This document shows positions 12,432 through 25,331 of a stretch of 64,000 nucleotides of DNA, piece after piece. Under the pieces are notes generated by a model, which was not told where the DNA came from, did not search any database, and saw only the letters and a program-made list of their open reading frames with translations. The position numbers and the translations under genes are program-made. Location: assembly GCF_035084215.1 (NCBI RefSeq), contig NC_090353.1:13330001-13394000 (forward strand), written 5' to 3'. Each line of letters opens with the position of its first letter. Position 1 is the first letter of the stretch. The DNA is from Heptranchias perlo (Eukaryota).

Positions 12432-13546
12432 ATGGTTTTGAAAAGCTTTAACTTGAGTTGAACTGCATTTTGTATGAAGACACTTCAACATTACATTTCC
12501 TGAGGACTGTATTTAAGTATATTGCCCAGTCTGACACTGAACCTTATAGATCAGGAAGGTCCCAAGCTCAATCCCTGCTCTGTACTGTTAGCTGATCTCA
12601 GTACTCAGCCATTGTAAGGATTTTGGACATTGGGTCAAACCCATTTCACTCTTTTGAACTACTGGATGATTCAACATAAAGGGTTAACCAGTCCCTTTAA
12701 GGATTTGGACATTCACTTGGATAGTACATTTACAGTACATTTAAAAGTAAGGGTTAACTTGCCCTGGTCATTACAATATAATGCACAATTGCAAAACAGC
12801 AAAGTGCAGACAGTTTAAACTGGACAGTTGGATATCAGTTTAACACTGCAGGAGCAAAACAATACAGAAACTAGACAGGCTGCAACTTTCAATAACAACT
12901 GATAAGCTTCCAGAAGCTTCTTGATGTCAACAACAACTGCAAAGGCCAAAGAACTGATAGGACACCTGGCTTCATGTAGAGGGGAGGATATGAGCCCATG
13001 AGTGGTCCAACCAGCCATCCATCTTAATGCTATGGACAAATTGGGCCTTCTCGTAACTTGGTTCACACCTATTTGCTCAGAAGCATATAAAGACATCGTA
13101 GCAGTCAAAGCAACAGAACATCGGAGAAGCTGGAAGAAGCTTCAAGAGTTAACGACTGCAGCATAAGCTCCTCCAACAATGAGTACTTCGATGCTTTGTT
13201 TCTAAACTTTGACAAAAGACTTTGATTCTGAGCTTTGACCAAATCACTTTGTTACTAAACTTTGACAAAAAGACAAACCTTGATGAGAAGAACCTCGATA
13301 CATCACTTAACACATCTCTCAACGACGCACCTGTTACTGCAGCAATTGACACCCTACTTCCAGACCTAGATGGCTACTTTGATGCATTAGGTTGTATATG
13401 CTACTTGCTCGGTTTGCTTTATGCCTGCTTATGTGCTCTTTTAGTGCTCTTTTAAATCATTAAATAATGTTGCAAATCCCCACTTGTATTATTGGGTAGA
13501 GTAATCCTTGTATTGATTGCGTTGCTTTATGCTTGCTCACGTGCTC

Positions 13547-14603
13547 TTTTTTTAATTTGCTCATGGGATGTGGGCATCACTGGCAAGGCCAGCATTTATT
13601 GCCCATCCCTAATTGCCCTTGAGAAGGTGGTGGTGAGCCTTCTTGAACTGCTGCAGTCCGTGTGGTGAAGGTGCTCCCACAGTGCTGTTAGGTAGGGAGT
13701 TCCAGGATTTTGACCCAGCAACAATGAAGGAACGGCGATATATTTCCAAGTGGGGATGGTGTGCGACTTGGAGGGGAACGTGCAAGTGGTATTGTTCCCA
13801 TGTGCCTGCTGCCCTTGTCCTTCTAGGTGATAGAAATCACAGGTTTGGAAGGTGCTGGCAAAGAAGCCTTGGCGAGTTGCTGCAGTGCATCCTGTGGCTG
13901 GTACACACTGCAGCCACGGTGCGCCGGTGGTGAAGGGAGTGAATGTTTAGGGTGGTGGATGGGGTGCCAATCAAGCGGGCTGCATTGTCCTGGATGGTGT
14001 CGAGCTTCTTGAGTGTTGTTGGAGCTGCACTCATCCAGGCAAGTGGAGAGTATTCCATCACACTCCTGACTTGTGCCTTGTAGATGGTGGAAAGGCTTTG
14101 GGGAAGTCAGGAGGTGAGTCACTCGCTGCAGAATACCCAGCCTCTGACCTGCACTTGTAGCCACAGTATTTATGTGGCTGGTCCAGTTAAGGTTCTGGTC
14201 AATGGTGACCCCCAGGATGTTGATGGTGGGGGATTCGGTGATGGTAATGCCGTTGAATGTCAAGGGGAGGTGGTTAGACTCTGTCTTGTTGGAGATGGTC
14301 AGTGCCTGGCACTTGTCAGGCACGGATGTTACTTACCAGTTATCAGCCTAAGCCTGGATGTTATCCAGGTCTTGCTGCATGCGGGCACAGACTGCTTCAT
14401 TAGCTGAGGGGTTGGGAATAGAACTGAACACTGTGCAATCATCAGCGAACATCCCCATATCTGACCTTATGAAGGAGGGAAGGTCATTGATGAAACAATT
14501 GAAGATGGTTGGGCCTAGGACACTGCCCTGAGGAACTCCTGCAGCAATGTCCTAGGGCTGAGATGATTGGCTTCCAACAACCACTACCATCTTCCTTTGT
14601 GCT
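13547..14603 (-). mobile_element. Non-LTR retrotransposon (CR1/L2 group), 3' end of ORF2, fairly young
   Basis: ORFs with ILGVTIDQNLNWTSHI, MEYSPLAWMSA..KLDTIQ and SLHHRRTVAA. The GVPQGSVLGP and FADD motifs read on the - strand near 14440-14540. Confidence 0.85.
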
Positions 14604-15468
14604 TCAAATCACGAAATAAAGATTCACTTTGATTCACAAAACTACCGCAGCAAGGTGGCTTTCTTTGAACTATCGTCCTGGTCCACAAATCTCTGGGAAA
14701 TACTCTAAATTCCCTACACCATATACAACAACAATTTACAGAAAACTAGAGGGAGCAACACTAAATAAGAATTACATAAAAGCTTATTAAATTATTTTTC
14801 CCTCCTGATTCTAAATCTGGATTTAATCCAGTTCACTCTCTCCCAGTTAGTAATTTTTCTCAGCTGTCTTTCCCAGGAGCTCGGTGCAGCCTGACATTCC
14901 AGCCAACACTGAGCACAAAAAGAGGTCCCAAGGAAGTTTGATCTTCCACATAATTGATCTTAAAATTGATAGTCGTGTGACTGACGCTGTGTGATTTTCA
15001 AAGGCTAGCCCACCTAAATGAACTGTCCAGGATGTAACTGACCTGGAAGATCTCGGTTACGATTGCTAGTCTGTACTGAGGAGGGCAGCTTCCAGGGTTG
15101 CAGACCTGCATGTAACAGACCCCTGTTGGGAAATGTGGGTATGTGGACACGTGGGGCTGAAATCCATCTTTAAACAAAAAAAATAACAGCATGCTTTTTC
15201 TCTCTCATTAATGATCCAGAGATAAAATCTCATATCAGGCTTCAAAGCTGCACATTCTTACAATTTTATTAGCGAGTCATTAATTACAGACAAAAACATA
15301 TTCTCCCGTTTATATTAAAGGGAATTTTGAACACACTGCTGAGGGGAGGGTTCACAGTGGTGCTCCTCATGGTCAAATAGACAGTCCACACCCACCGTCT
15401 CTTCACACAAAGAATGGGAACTGGAATAGTGTAACTGAAAAGCTATCAGCATTCAAGAAGAGGCAATG

Positions 15469-16110
15469 GATTCAGGAGAGGATTGAAAATGTTTTAACCT
15501 GCAACAAAATCAGGAATTGTAACACTCCACTTCAGTTACGTCAGTGTTGAACGTACAGTCAACATGGATTTAACTTTAATTGACAACAGAGTTCCAGGGG
15601 TGGGTGCAAAAAGATGACACACACGCATGCACAGCAGAGTCACTCAAACTATAGCAATTACACTGCTGGCTGCAGACACAAAAATAAATCCATTTTCTCC
15701 AACCAGGAAAAAAAATATCTTTAACTGATGGATGTTACTGGCATCTGAAGACGACTGGATTTCTCCACGAGACCACCAGCATGCTATAGCTGTTTCCAGG
15801 CTTCCTCCAACCAGCCCTTTAACCTCAAGGCTTTGCCATATGGGACTCTGGCAGCTTAAATGTTGTGAGTTCCAAGTTCTGGTAACAACAAGTGACTAAT
15901 AGTTGGATGGATTAAAAATGTTGTGCTGATTTGGGCCTGTGTTTGATGGATCACAACTGCAAAAGACATGGTTGAGAAAAAATTTAGGCTTTGTTTCCCC
16001 ACTGTTGGGTCAGTGGCTTGGACAGTAACTAGAGGGTCCTCAGCAGATTCAGGAGAGGATTGAAAATGTTTAACCTGTAACAAAATCAGGAGTTGTAACA
16101 CTCCACTTCA
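15469..16110 (+). repeat. ~65-bp direct repeat (15469-15534 and 16046-16110)
   Basis: gattcaggagaggattgaaaatgttt(t)aacctgYaacaaaatcaggaRttgtaacactccacttca, with 3 differences. Confidence 0.88.
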
Positions 16111-16260
16111 CTTGCATCAAGACAGAAATGAAACTGTTCAATCCTGCCCAACAGCCTGCTTCTAATCCAATACATTTCTAATTATTGCATGTAGCGCAAA
16201 TTGCTACCCAAGTACAACAATTTTGGAGTCTTGGATGCAGTGAAAACGACACCTTGAGAG

Positions 16261-17702
16261 CAGTTCAGTGGCAAAGTACTTAACATACTCACCAGGGAAG
16301 GCAGAACAGGGCAGTAACATTTTTCCACTTTTGACACCCTGTCACTGTTAAGCTCTTGTATACAGTGGGTTGGCTCTCTCTAATCCACCCCAACAAATTA
16401 ACCCCAACCTCCAAAGATTAGCACTTACTAAACCAGCAAAATAATTCTATTTCCCAATCCGGCTGTGAATAAAATTGCTAATTTAATACTAAATTAGGAG
16501 GTTTATGCACCCTCGTGTACCAGGAACTAGATTGTAATTGCCCACACTAGTTTTACTCAGAACCCTTACAGACAGCAGAGTTTCATCCAAGGACAGGTTT
16601 GATCAGCAGAAGAGTCAGATGACAGCCTCTCTCTGCTGGCTGGAAGGGTCCTACAGAAAATGGTGGTAGTCCAGTTTCTAGTAGAAATTGGCCATAGCAC
16701 AAAAATGATGCTGATTGGCATCTCACTCAGGACGGCTGGTGTGGGAAATTACACTGGTGCTGAGTGCAGGGAGCTTTACAGTAGTTTTTAAATATTTGTT
16801 AATTGGAGACAAATTGCTTTGAATGTACTTAATGCAACACATTGAAGCAGTAATGAACAGATAAAGCTTGGAGGTTGGAATGGGGGGTGGGGGGTGGTGG
16901 AGGGGGTGTAGAATGGATGTGTGAACGCTCCTTCCTCTGATCTCATCCGTATTGCAGGAGAGATGCTAAGATCTCGGGTGTCCCCATAAAATGGGAGGTT
17001 CAATTGGAGGGGTCATCCCTGGGCCACCTGACTTCTAGCAGGTACCTCACTTGGGCATTAGCTGCGACCTAAGAACAGAGCATCCAACCTGTGGCACAGG
17101 CAGAGATACCACATGGCCTAGGAATCAAAGACTTTGTTACAGGTAAGGAAAATATTCTACAGAAAGCAAGGTGGCCACGACAGAGAGGTCGAGATAGAGT
17201 AAACCCAGAGATGGTTTATATACCCTTACAACATACGCTAGCTTGTGTTCTTTATATTTACACAGCTAGAGTTTGTGGGTGGCCTTTAAGTTATTTGCCC
17301 GGAGGGGTTATAAAATCATAGAATGGTTATGGCACAGAAGGAGGCCATTTGGCCCATCAAGCCTGCATCGGTTCTTTGCAAGAGCAATCCAGCTAGTCCC
17401 AATCCCCCCCTCTTTTCCTGTAGCCTTGAAATTTTTTCTCCTTCAGGTACCTATCTAATTTCTTTTTGAAAGCCACAATTGACCCTGCTTCTAACATCCT
17501 TTCAGGCAGTGCATTCCAGATCATAACTACTCATTGCGTAAAAAAGTTTTTACTATGTCGCCTTTGGTTCTTTTGCCAATCACCGTAAACCTGTGTCCTA
17601 TGGTTGGTGACCCTTCCGCCAATGGGAACAGTTCAGTGGCAAAGTACTTAACATACTCACCAGGGAAGGCAGAACAGGGCAGTAACATTTTTCCACTTTT
17701 GA
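16261..17702 (+). repeat. Identical 74-bp direct repeat (16261-16334 and 17629-17702)
   Basis: cagttcagtggcaaagtacttaacatactcaccagggaaggcagaacagggcagtaacatttttccacttttga occurs twice. Confidence 0.92.
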
Positions 17703-17880
17703 TTTTGAACACCTCTATCAAATCTCCTCTGCTCTAAGGAGAACAATCCCAGCTTTTCCAATCTATCCACATAACTGAGGTCCCTCATCCCTGGAACCAT
17801 TCTAGTAAATCTTTTCTGCACCCTCTCTAAGAGCTTCACATCCTCCCTAAAGTGCGTTGCCCAGAATTGGACACAACACT
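17316..17880 (-). mobile_element. CR1 LINE 3' end
   Basis: CVQFWATHFREDVKLLERVQKRFTRMVPGM..RLEKLGLFSLEQRR, followed by a CR1 3' UTR and attctatgat tail. Contains a foreign 74-bp patch. Confidence 0.88.
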
Positions 17881-19879
17881 CACACTTTGTTTCACAGTGA
17901 CCCAATAGTAGTGTAACTGCAACTAAATCAGTCAGTTCTGCGATTTTCTGTTGATTGCAAGACCACCTTAAGAAGCCAGTCTTGCACTGCTTTAGATTAC
18001 TGACAACCTCCGTATAACCAACTATTTAACCTCCAGATGGTTTGCCATATCTTTCTAACCAACAGTTTCGCTAAAGTGTAACCCAGTGCTTACTGTAGAT
18101 TTCCAAATCTTTGCCTTGTCTCTCCCAACGCCCCCCCCACCAAACACCTTTTTTTAAAAGACTGCTTCTTTGTAAATTTAAACCTTTTTTCTTTTAGCCT
18201 GGCAATAAAAATGGATGTTTCTCGGGCCAGGTTTTATGACTATCACAGCAGACAGCAATGGACAAGTCTCCTTTAAACAAATCCTTTGAGTTGAACTGGA
18301 CTGAAAACAATTGACCTGTTCAAATCTTGGAGGCAGTGCAGGGAAGAGGCATGAGGCTGGTCCCTAGAGTTAGAGGATTGAGTTACCAGACTAGAATGGA
18401 TTAATTTGGGTTGTTCTCAGGGGTATATAAGATAGTTAGCAGTATAGAAAAAGTAAATCAAGAACATAACTTCAAAGTGAATTGTGAAAGGGTGTCAGGT
18501 TCAAACTGGCAAAAGGCCAGTGATCACTCTGTGTGAAGAGCTGACATCATGTGGAATGAACTTCCAGGTAAGAAAGCAGAAACAAAAAAACCTGGAATTA
18601 TTTAAGATACAGTTGGATGCTGTAGATAGGAGGGAGGAAGCAAGTAGACTGTCTGATCTTTCTGCACAAATGAAAAAAAAACTAGCAATGTTGGACATCT
18701 GAACAGAAAACAAAAGTGCTGGAAATACATAAGCAGGTCATTCGGCACCTGAAAAGAGAAAAGACAGGTTAATCTTTCAGGTGTGTATCCTTCTTTAGAA
18801 TGGTTTTCTGGATGATCGAGTACAGCTTTCCTCATCTGTATTTAGTGATCTTGTGAATGCTTTGTCTGATCGTGAGTTATTGGGCAACAGCAGACTGTTT
18901 AAATTATACACCCACCACTTGAAGCAACTTCAAGTTGGCTAATGGAGTTTACTGTTCCATAACTGTTCTTCAGGATCTGTGCTTTCACTGGCACTGTTAC
19001 ATCTTAAGCTGAAGTGCACTGTAGAACTGTGCAACTTTGGGTCCTGAGGACTCTTGTCAACCGTGGGCCAATAAAATAAGAGCACACACACTAGTTTCCA
19101 TTTATTTACACCTCTGTTCTGAAGTGGGTGTTATGATTTAGGTTTGCTCCAACTATTTTTTTTAATTCATTCTCACCATAAAAGGCAGCTTTCATAGGTG
19201 AGTCTGTACTCTCTGTGATCTTAAAATAAATCTTATGTGTTTAGTACATGGAATACGTATCTCATGGAAAATAACCCTCCCTCTTAGGAGGAACTTACAT
19301 ATACTGAATACCATATCACATCTTCAGGATGTCCCAAAGTGCTTCACAGCCGAAGAATTACTTCTGAAGTGCACTCACTGTTGTTTTGTAGGCAGACATA
19401 GAGGCCAACTGCACACAGCAAGATCCTACAAACAGCAAATGGGATGAACGACCGGTTAATTATGTCTTTAGTGATATTAGTTTTGGGTGGGGGGGGGTGA
19501 ATTCCAGCCATAACACTGGAGAACTTGCCTTTCTTTAAACTGTGCTGTGGGATCTTTTAAGTCTACCTATGCCGGCGCTTGGGACCATGGGTTTAATGTT
19601 TTATCTGAAAGAAGGCATTTCCAACAATACAGCACTCCTTCACTGCTGCACTGGAATGTCAGCTTAGATTATGTGCTCATGTCTTGGAGTGGGGACTTCC
19701 AACCCAGAGACAAAAATGCTACCCAAAGCTGACTAAGCCATACTGTCTGTATGGAATTAATAGTTAATCAAACATATTTCATATTTGATGTTTCGATCCG
19801 AAACAATCCCCCCCACCTCGCCAAAAAAAAATCACTTTAACTTTATGCAAATCCCAACCCAGAAATCACCTGCTATTTG

Positions 19880-19885
19880 TTTATT
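19880..19885 (-). terminator. Candidate SH3GL1 polyadenylation signal (~3-kb 3' UTR)
   Basis: AATAAA on the - strand at the end of an AU/UGUA-rich stretch (19890-20150), followed by T/G-rich sequence. Confidence 0.5.
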
Positions 19886-21799
19886 CTTTACATAATCTGA
19901 ACAAAACACTACATAGTTTATAATGGTACTAAACATAAATCTACATGCAGGATTAAACAGTAAAAAAGATACATATTTCGAGTTATAAGCCTGTGGCTTT
20001 TATAATTATCAAAAGATAGATCAAATTCGTAAAGCATTAGTACAGGTATGGTCACAATTTTATAATTTTCACGATGAGTTGATGACACTATCAAAAAGTA
20101 CTACATGGATACATGGTACGTCATGATTAGTGTTAAAGAGCTAGTGTCAATATGGGAGCGCTACAGCATAATACCTGCCAGATACATGCTGCACATGTTG
20201 TACCAGGTCATCATTCGACATCGTGGCAGTCAAAACAGAAATAGTTACTGAAAGCTTGAACTTGTTCGTCATTAAACACAGGGAGCCAAAAGTTGCAGAC
20301 TGTAGAAATCGATAGTGGGGACAATTCAAGTCTCTCAGAAAACAAAATTAATTCCAGTTATCTATATGTTTGCCAAGAGAGAGTGAAGGATGAGTGGGGA
20401 TTTGAATTTGTTATTGTACATGACCTCTTTTGGATCCAGAAAAGAGAGCAGGTTAACTGCCTCAGAGTCAGATGCAGCAACAATACGCTAAGGGCTCAGG
20501 TAAGTCGAAGAGTATGCGACAGGACTGTCTCGTTTACTGTCTCCACTTCCCTGAAAGACTGAATTGTGGCCCATTTATATTGCGGACCTGGGGCCATTCC
20601 AGATCTGCCACGTTTACGCCATAGGATGGCATTCATAGCACCGGCTGCAACAACGTACAAATTGTTCAAAAGTTACGACTATGACTTTACCATTTTAGCT
20701 ACAGACATCCTCCAACCTCAGCAAAAGGTCTTTACAAGCCAGCAATTTGAAGGTAGCCTGTTTGAGTTGGGGATGGAAGAGAGCTCGGCCCACCCATAAG
20801 CAAGGCAAAATAGTGGACTGAGCGACCAGCGCCCGGGTGGGACAAGGGCGTTTCTACCCACTGATGTTTTGGGTGCAGAGACAGGGGACAAGACCACCTC
20901 ACAGGCACATCCTGTATCTCGAGAGACATGTAAACGTATTTATTTATATTACAGTGCTCCCTCCAATGGTGTGTACACCAACTCATTTATGTTGCAGGAT
21001 GTCTCCTGAGGCAGAGCACCAATAGAGATGTAAGGTTTAAGCTGCTCCTCCTATATACTGGAGTCAACACCTGCTCTTTACTAGGGCCTTCTCTTCTATA
21101 TAAAAGTGGTTCAAAGAAGTGAGGTACTGTATTAAACATATACATGTAAACCAGTTGGTCTAATTATTTATAACTTTCACACAACAATTGCAACCATGTT
21201 ACAGTCCAGCAGTAGTCACTCTATATGTCTTCTAAATCAAATTAAATTATTTGGACTCACCCCAGTGACACTCAAACACCCTCAATTGTTCTAAAATTGA
21301 GAAAAATGAACTTTCAGATAGCTGGATCTATTGTGAAGACGACTTCTCACGAACTATTTTTTAAATGCTTGACTTCTCCCCCATTTCCTCCTCTCTTCAA
21401 GCTGCTGACTTTTGCTGGGGTGCAGTTCCATGGGCATAAGGTGCCCTCCAGTACTTCACCCAAGGAGCTATTCTTCATTCATGAGCCTAGACATTGAGCG
21501 TCAATGGGCTATTTGTCTATGGTGGCATCACAGCTGAATCTGATCCCGTCCTCGCCCCATCCAATGCCAACACACATTCTCCAACGGGATTGCGATCGGG
21601 AACCCTGGATGGTTTCCCCCTCTCCCTACACTAGGGAAGTTGATGAGTGATTTCAATAGAACCACAAAGTTCCCCTACTAACTATACAAGGTCACTACTT
21701 GTGAGGGAGGAAAAGGTATGTCTGTCACGAACCAGCGGACAGAATTTTCCTGGAAAAAGTCAAGTCTAAAAGAGAGAGGAACAAAAGTCCCTTTTTTTG

Positions 21800-22292
21800 A
21801 TGCACATCTTAAACTCGGGATCTTCACAGTGGGTTGTCAATGTAAACATGGGGCAACCAGATGGTAGTGGTGGGTTAGACAAAGTAATCCAACCAGTGAA
21901 GTCCAGAGACTTGAGTCTTACTCTCGGACATCACTACATGGACCATACCGGGTGCTGGGAATGGAACACTTTCCATTTCAGGCACCCAGCATTAGAGGTC
22001 AGGTACAGCCTAAAGCTCGTTCTACTGGGCTCCGACCATGCACCTCAGTCACAACCTCAAAAGGAGCACCCCCTACTGCACCATGTGACATTTCTCCATT
22101 TCCCACACCAGCCATCCTGTAGCCTGTCTGAATGAGATTGTCACTTTAGTGCTGTGGAAATTGGATTCAACCTGCCCGAGCTCATTTCACATTCAGCAGA
22201 CAGAAGAGACTTTCATCCCATCGGTTTGGGCAGATCGTGAACTCGTGTCAGAGGTGAAAGGTTGGTGTCTGACCCACTGCGCCACCCAAGTC
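21800..22292 (-). mobile_element. LF-SINE-like tRNA-headed SINE in the SH3GL1 3' UTR (sense)
   Basis: - strand reads GGGTGGCGCAGTGGG (A box)...CCTTTCACCTCT...GAGTTCACGATC (B-box-like)...ATGTGAAATGAG, recalling the LF-SINE head. Confidence 0.5.
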
Positions 22293-22839
22293 CTTGTACA
22301 GTGTGAATTATTCCAATATAACCCCCATGTTAGTGTGAATTGGGAACAATAGCAATTTTTAAAAAAATCACTTTTATAAAATGACAACGGTGATATGTGT
22401 GACCCAAGGTCACGTGACTCCACAGCGGTCACTGTGCAATAGAAATTAGCTTATTGATGAGCAGTGCAGGAGGGGTATCCCATACACTACCCTACTGAGA
22501 GTGGTAACACTGTCACAGCAGTTTCTTCTACAAAGCTGATGTCTAATTTCAGCCCTTTCACTTTGCCAACACTGGACAGCTACAGAAAAGGATCCATTGA
22601 CCTGAATGCTGACCTCTCACAACCATATTGCAATACATGCAGAGTAACTGGAGCTGCACCTTACATTAACACAGAAAAAACATTTGTCGATTTAAAATAA
22701 AAAATGACGATGCATTGCACGCAATGTAACACTGCACTGTGAGAAACAACCCATGGAAGTGGACTAGTGTTTTAAATTAAAAGGAATGTTGAAAGTCTCC
22801 CTCTCTCCACATAGGTATCCGGTGTCCAGTTCAGCACCT

Positions 22840-23036
22840 TTACTGAGGTAATGGGACCAGCACTTCCACATAGTTGACGGGGAAGAATCCCGATTGGCCG
22901 TGGAGCATTCCTTCATACCAGTTGTCATCGATCTGATTGGTCAATGTGATGGTGTCGCCTTCCTTGAAGCCAAGCTCCCCTTCGTTCTCTGGCTCGAAAT
23001 CGTACAGCGCCTTGCAGCAGGGCTGGTCTAGGTGTG
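22840..23036 (-). CDS. SH3GL1: Endophilin-A2 exon 10, SH3 domain ([27 protein letters not shown]...[26 protein letters not shown])
   Basis: gtgcag| acceptor, phase 1. SH3 signatures ALYDF, EL.F..GD, WY.G and G.FP.NYV. TAA at 22842-22840. Confidence 0.96.
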
Positions 23037-23089
23037 CTGCACATAACACAAAATGCATTCTATGAACAGCTTTAGTAACATTTTTCTTC

Positions 23090-23500
23090 AAATTTTCTTC
23101 CTTCTTTTGAAAGCACTGACTCTTGCAGGGGTAAGATTCAAGGGTATCAGACTCCCTTTGGTACCTCACCCAAGTGGCCATAATCCATGTGCGAGCTCAT
23201 ATAATTGGTGTTAGGAGGCTATTTGACTGTAGCATCACAGCTAATCTTGATCCCATCCTCAACCAAAATCCACACAGATGCACTTTCTAGCAGAAGTCAC
23301 TGGATAGTGGTCAGGAGTAAGAACACTCGATAATTTTCCCCTTGTAATCCAGGAGCGCTGAGGCCAATTTAAAGGCTCAAGTGTTGCTCTGGGTCAGATA
23401 GGTGACTCATCAGAGACTAAGGATTGAATCTGTGCCTTCTTGGACTATGTGGCTCAGTAGCACATTATACATTGCACTTGCCAACTAAGTCATTGGGGAG
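23090..23500 (-). mobile_element. Representative copy of an abundant old tRNA-headed SINE family (about 20 fragments in the window)
   Basis: Recurrent core ccaagtggccattctt...ggctatttgac...gcatcacagc...cactggatagtgatcaggag...gaggccaattgtag...cagcacagaccaggga. Other copies at about 8020, 10500, 11150, 21380, 27470, 28120, 28480, 29820, 32390, 33310, 37030, 45280, 46150, 50450, 54530, 55800 and 61330. Confidence 0.7.
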
Positions 23501-24454
23501 AGGGGGAAGGTATTAGGTATAATTCATGGTTGAACTTCCAAAGAAAGATTTTAGTGTGATATATAAAATGGGCTTTGCATTATAAAGCAAGTCAGCAAAA
23601 TGCAACTTGAATGTAAAAGACATCTAGAGCTAAGGGGTGGGGAAGTAGGAAGATAGGTCACATTGGAGCACCAATGAACCCTTGAAAGCAGAATGACATG
23701 GATTCAATCAGCTCACTCTTGAGTGCCTAATCTCAGCTGTGCTGCTTTGGATGGGGAATCAAGAGATGGCACCGGGCTGCCATCGTGTGCCTCCTTGCTG
23801 CCAGGTGAACAGCAGCACTGGTAAAAGCTGGGATCAAATCACCTGCTCTCTTGGCCACAGGAGGGAAGTGGCTTGTCAAGATCAAAGACCAAAAGGGAAA
23901 AGCAGAAAGAAAGCAGAAAATTCATACTCCTGCTAAAAAGTTAAAATAAAATTGGTGAATTGTGTGTATTCACACAATTAAACAAAGGCACTGGGAACTT
24001 GGTTGAGACTGTCTCAAATCATTTAGGCAATTTAGAATCATAGGGAGAAAATCTTAAAACCTGGGCTGGGTTTGACTCTAGGATGTTGTACTAACCCAGA
24101 GCACCAATTCTCTCTCCCTCTATGGTGTATTTACATATCTCCCAAACACTTACCCATTCAAGTAATCAGAACAAAACAAATGATTTGAGTTAGAATATAC
24201 AATACTCTTTTTAACAAAAAATCATTGCAATCTTGAGGGAGAAGAACATTTTGAGCAAGGTTGCTGACTCATAATATTCAATGCATTTAAATTATTTTGT
24301 TACACCATGAATTCATGTTAGTGTAATACAGTTAACCTGTGGCAACACTATCAGAACTGAAACTGTTGCTTGAGAAAACCACATTGGTCGACCACGTCTG
24401 GACCTTTGTTATAATAAGGATACTGAAACATACGCCAATTACTGGGAACCTTTA

Positions 24455-25000
24455 TACATCTGTCTCCATCCCTACCTCATCCTCACCACCGCTGAAACTC
24501 TTACCCATGCTTCAGCACCTCCATGATCTGTTTCTCCAATGCTCTCCTAAGTTCGACCCAACATAAACTCCACCATATCCAAAATGCCTCTGGCCACATC
24601 CAACTCATTTAACAACCTTGTCTTCATCATCTTGCCCTGGCTCCATTTCTCACAACCCTTTGACTTTGAAATCCTCATCTACAACTTCCTCATTGGCTGT
24701 GACCAGCTTCCTACCTCTGCAACCATCTCCTGCTCTAGGTGCCAGTTTGCATCCTCTGCTCTTCAGACTCTTGCCGACTGAGCACCCCCTCATTCTCCAC
24801 TCCACCATGCTGACACAGCTTCAGCCATCAAGCCCTACAACCTGCAATTCTCTTCCTTAACTCCTCCCCCTTGTTACATTGCTCTTCCACCTTTAAAAAA
24901 AAATCTGCTGAAAACCTCTTTGGCCAAGCCTTTGATTCCCTCTCCTTACCCCCTCAGCATTCATTCCACTTCCATTTTGAAGTACTGTGGGATATTTTAC
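24455..25000 (+). mobile_element. Decayed L2 3' end
   Basis: Same sequence family as 1508-2100 but in the opposite orientation (aaatcctcatc, ctccaccat, ttcagccatcaagccct, ccacctttaaaa, tttggccaagcctt). Confidence 0.6.
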
Positions 25001-25331
25001 TACGTTAATTTTCTACATAAGCCACAAAATGTATACGTGGCAACCTCAGACCAATTACAGTGCACCTCGATCACCAACGCATGCAGGCACAGCAAGGGCC
25101 ATCACGATTACAACACATTAAAGTCCGATGGTTAGCTTTAATCATTATTAGCGTTGTAGAATTGTTTTAGCATAAATGCCAGATCATTTCCCCACAAATG
25201 CAGTTGACAATGCCAGAAAATTAATCTCACTAGCAAAATACAAAAGTCTGGTTCAGAAAACTTCTGTAAATACTAGCAAAAGTAAAGGTTTGAATAGTGA
25301 TTTACAGCAGAATAAAGAGTATGGTGTCCAG

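Noticed and set aside
12720-13545. Coding-looking segment with short internal repeats (ctaaactttgacaaaagac x2)
   Set aside because: Could not assign it to any family, and every frame has stops. Probably a decayed transposon.
23037-23181. N-terminal part of the 113-aa ORF preceding the SH3 domain
   Set aside because: Intronic and SINE-derived read-through upstream of the true acceptor at 23037-23038.
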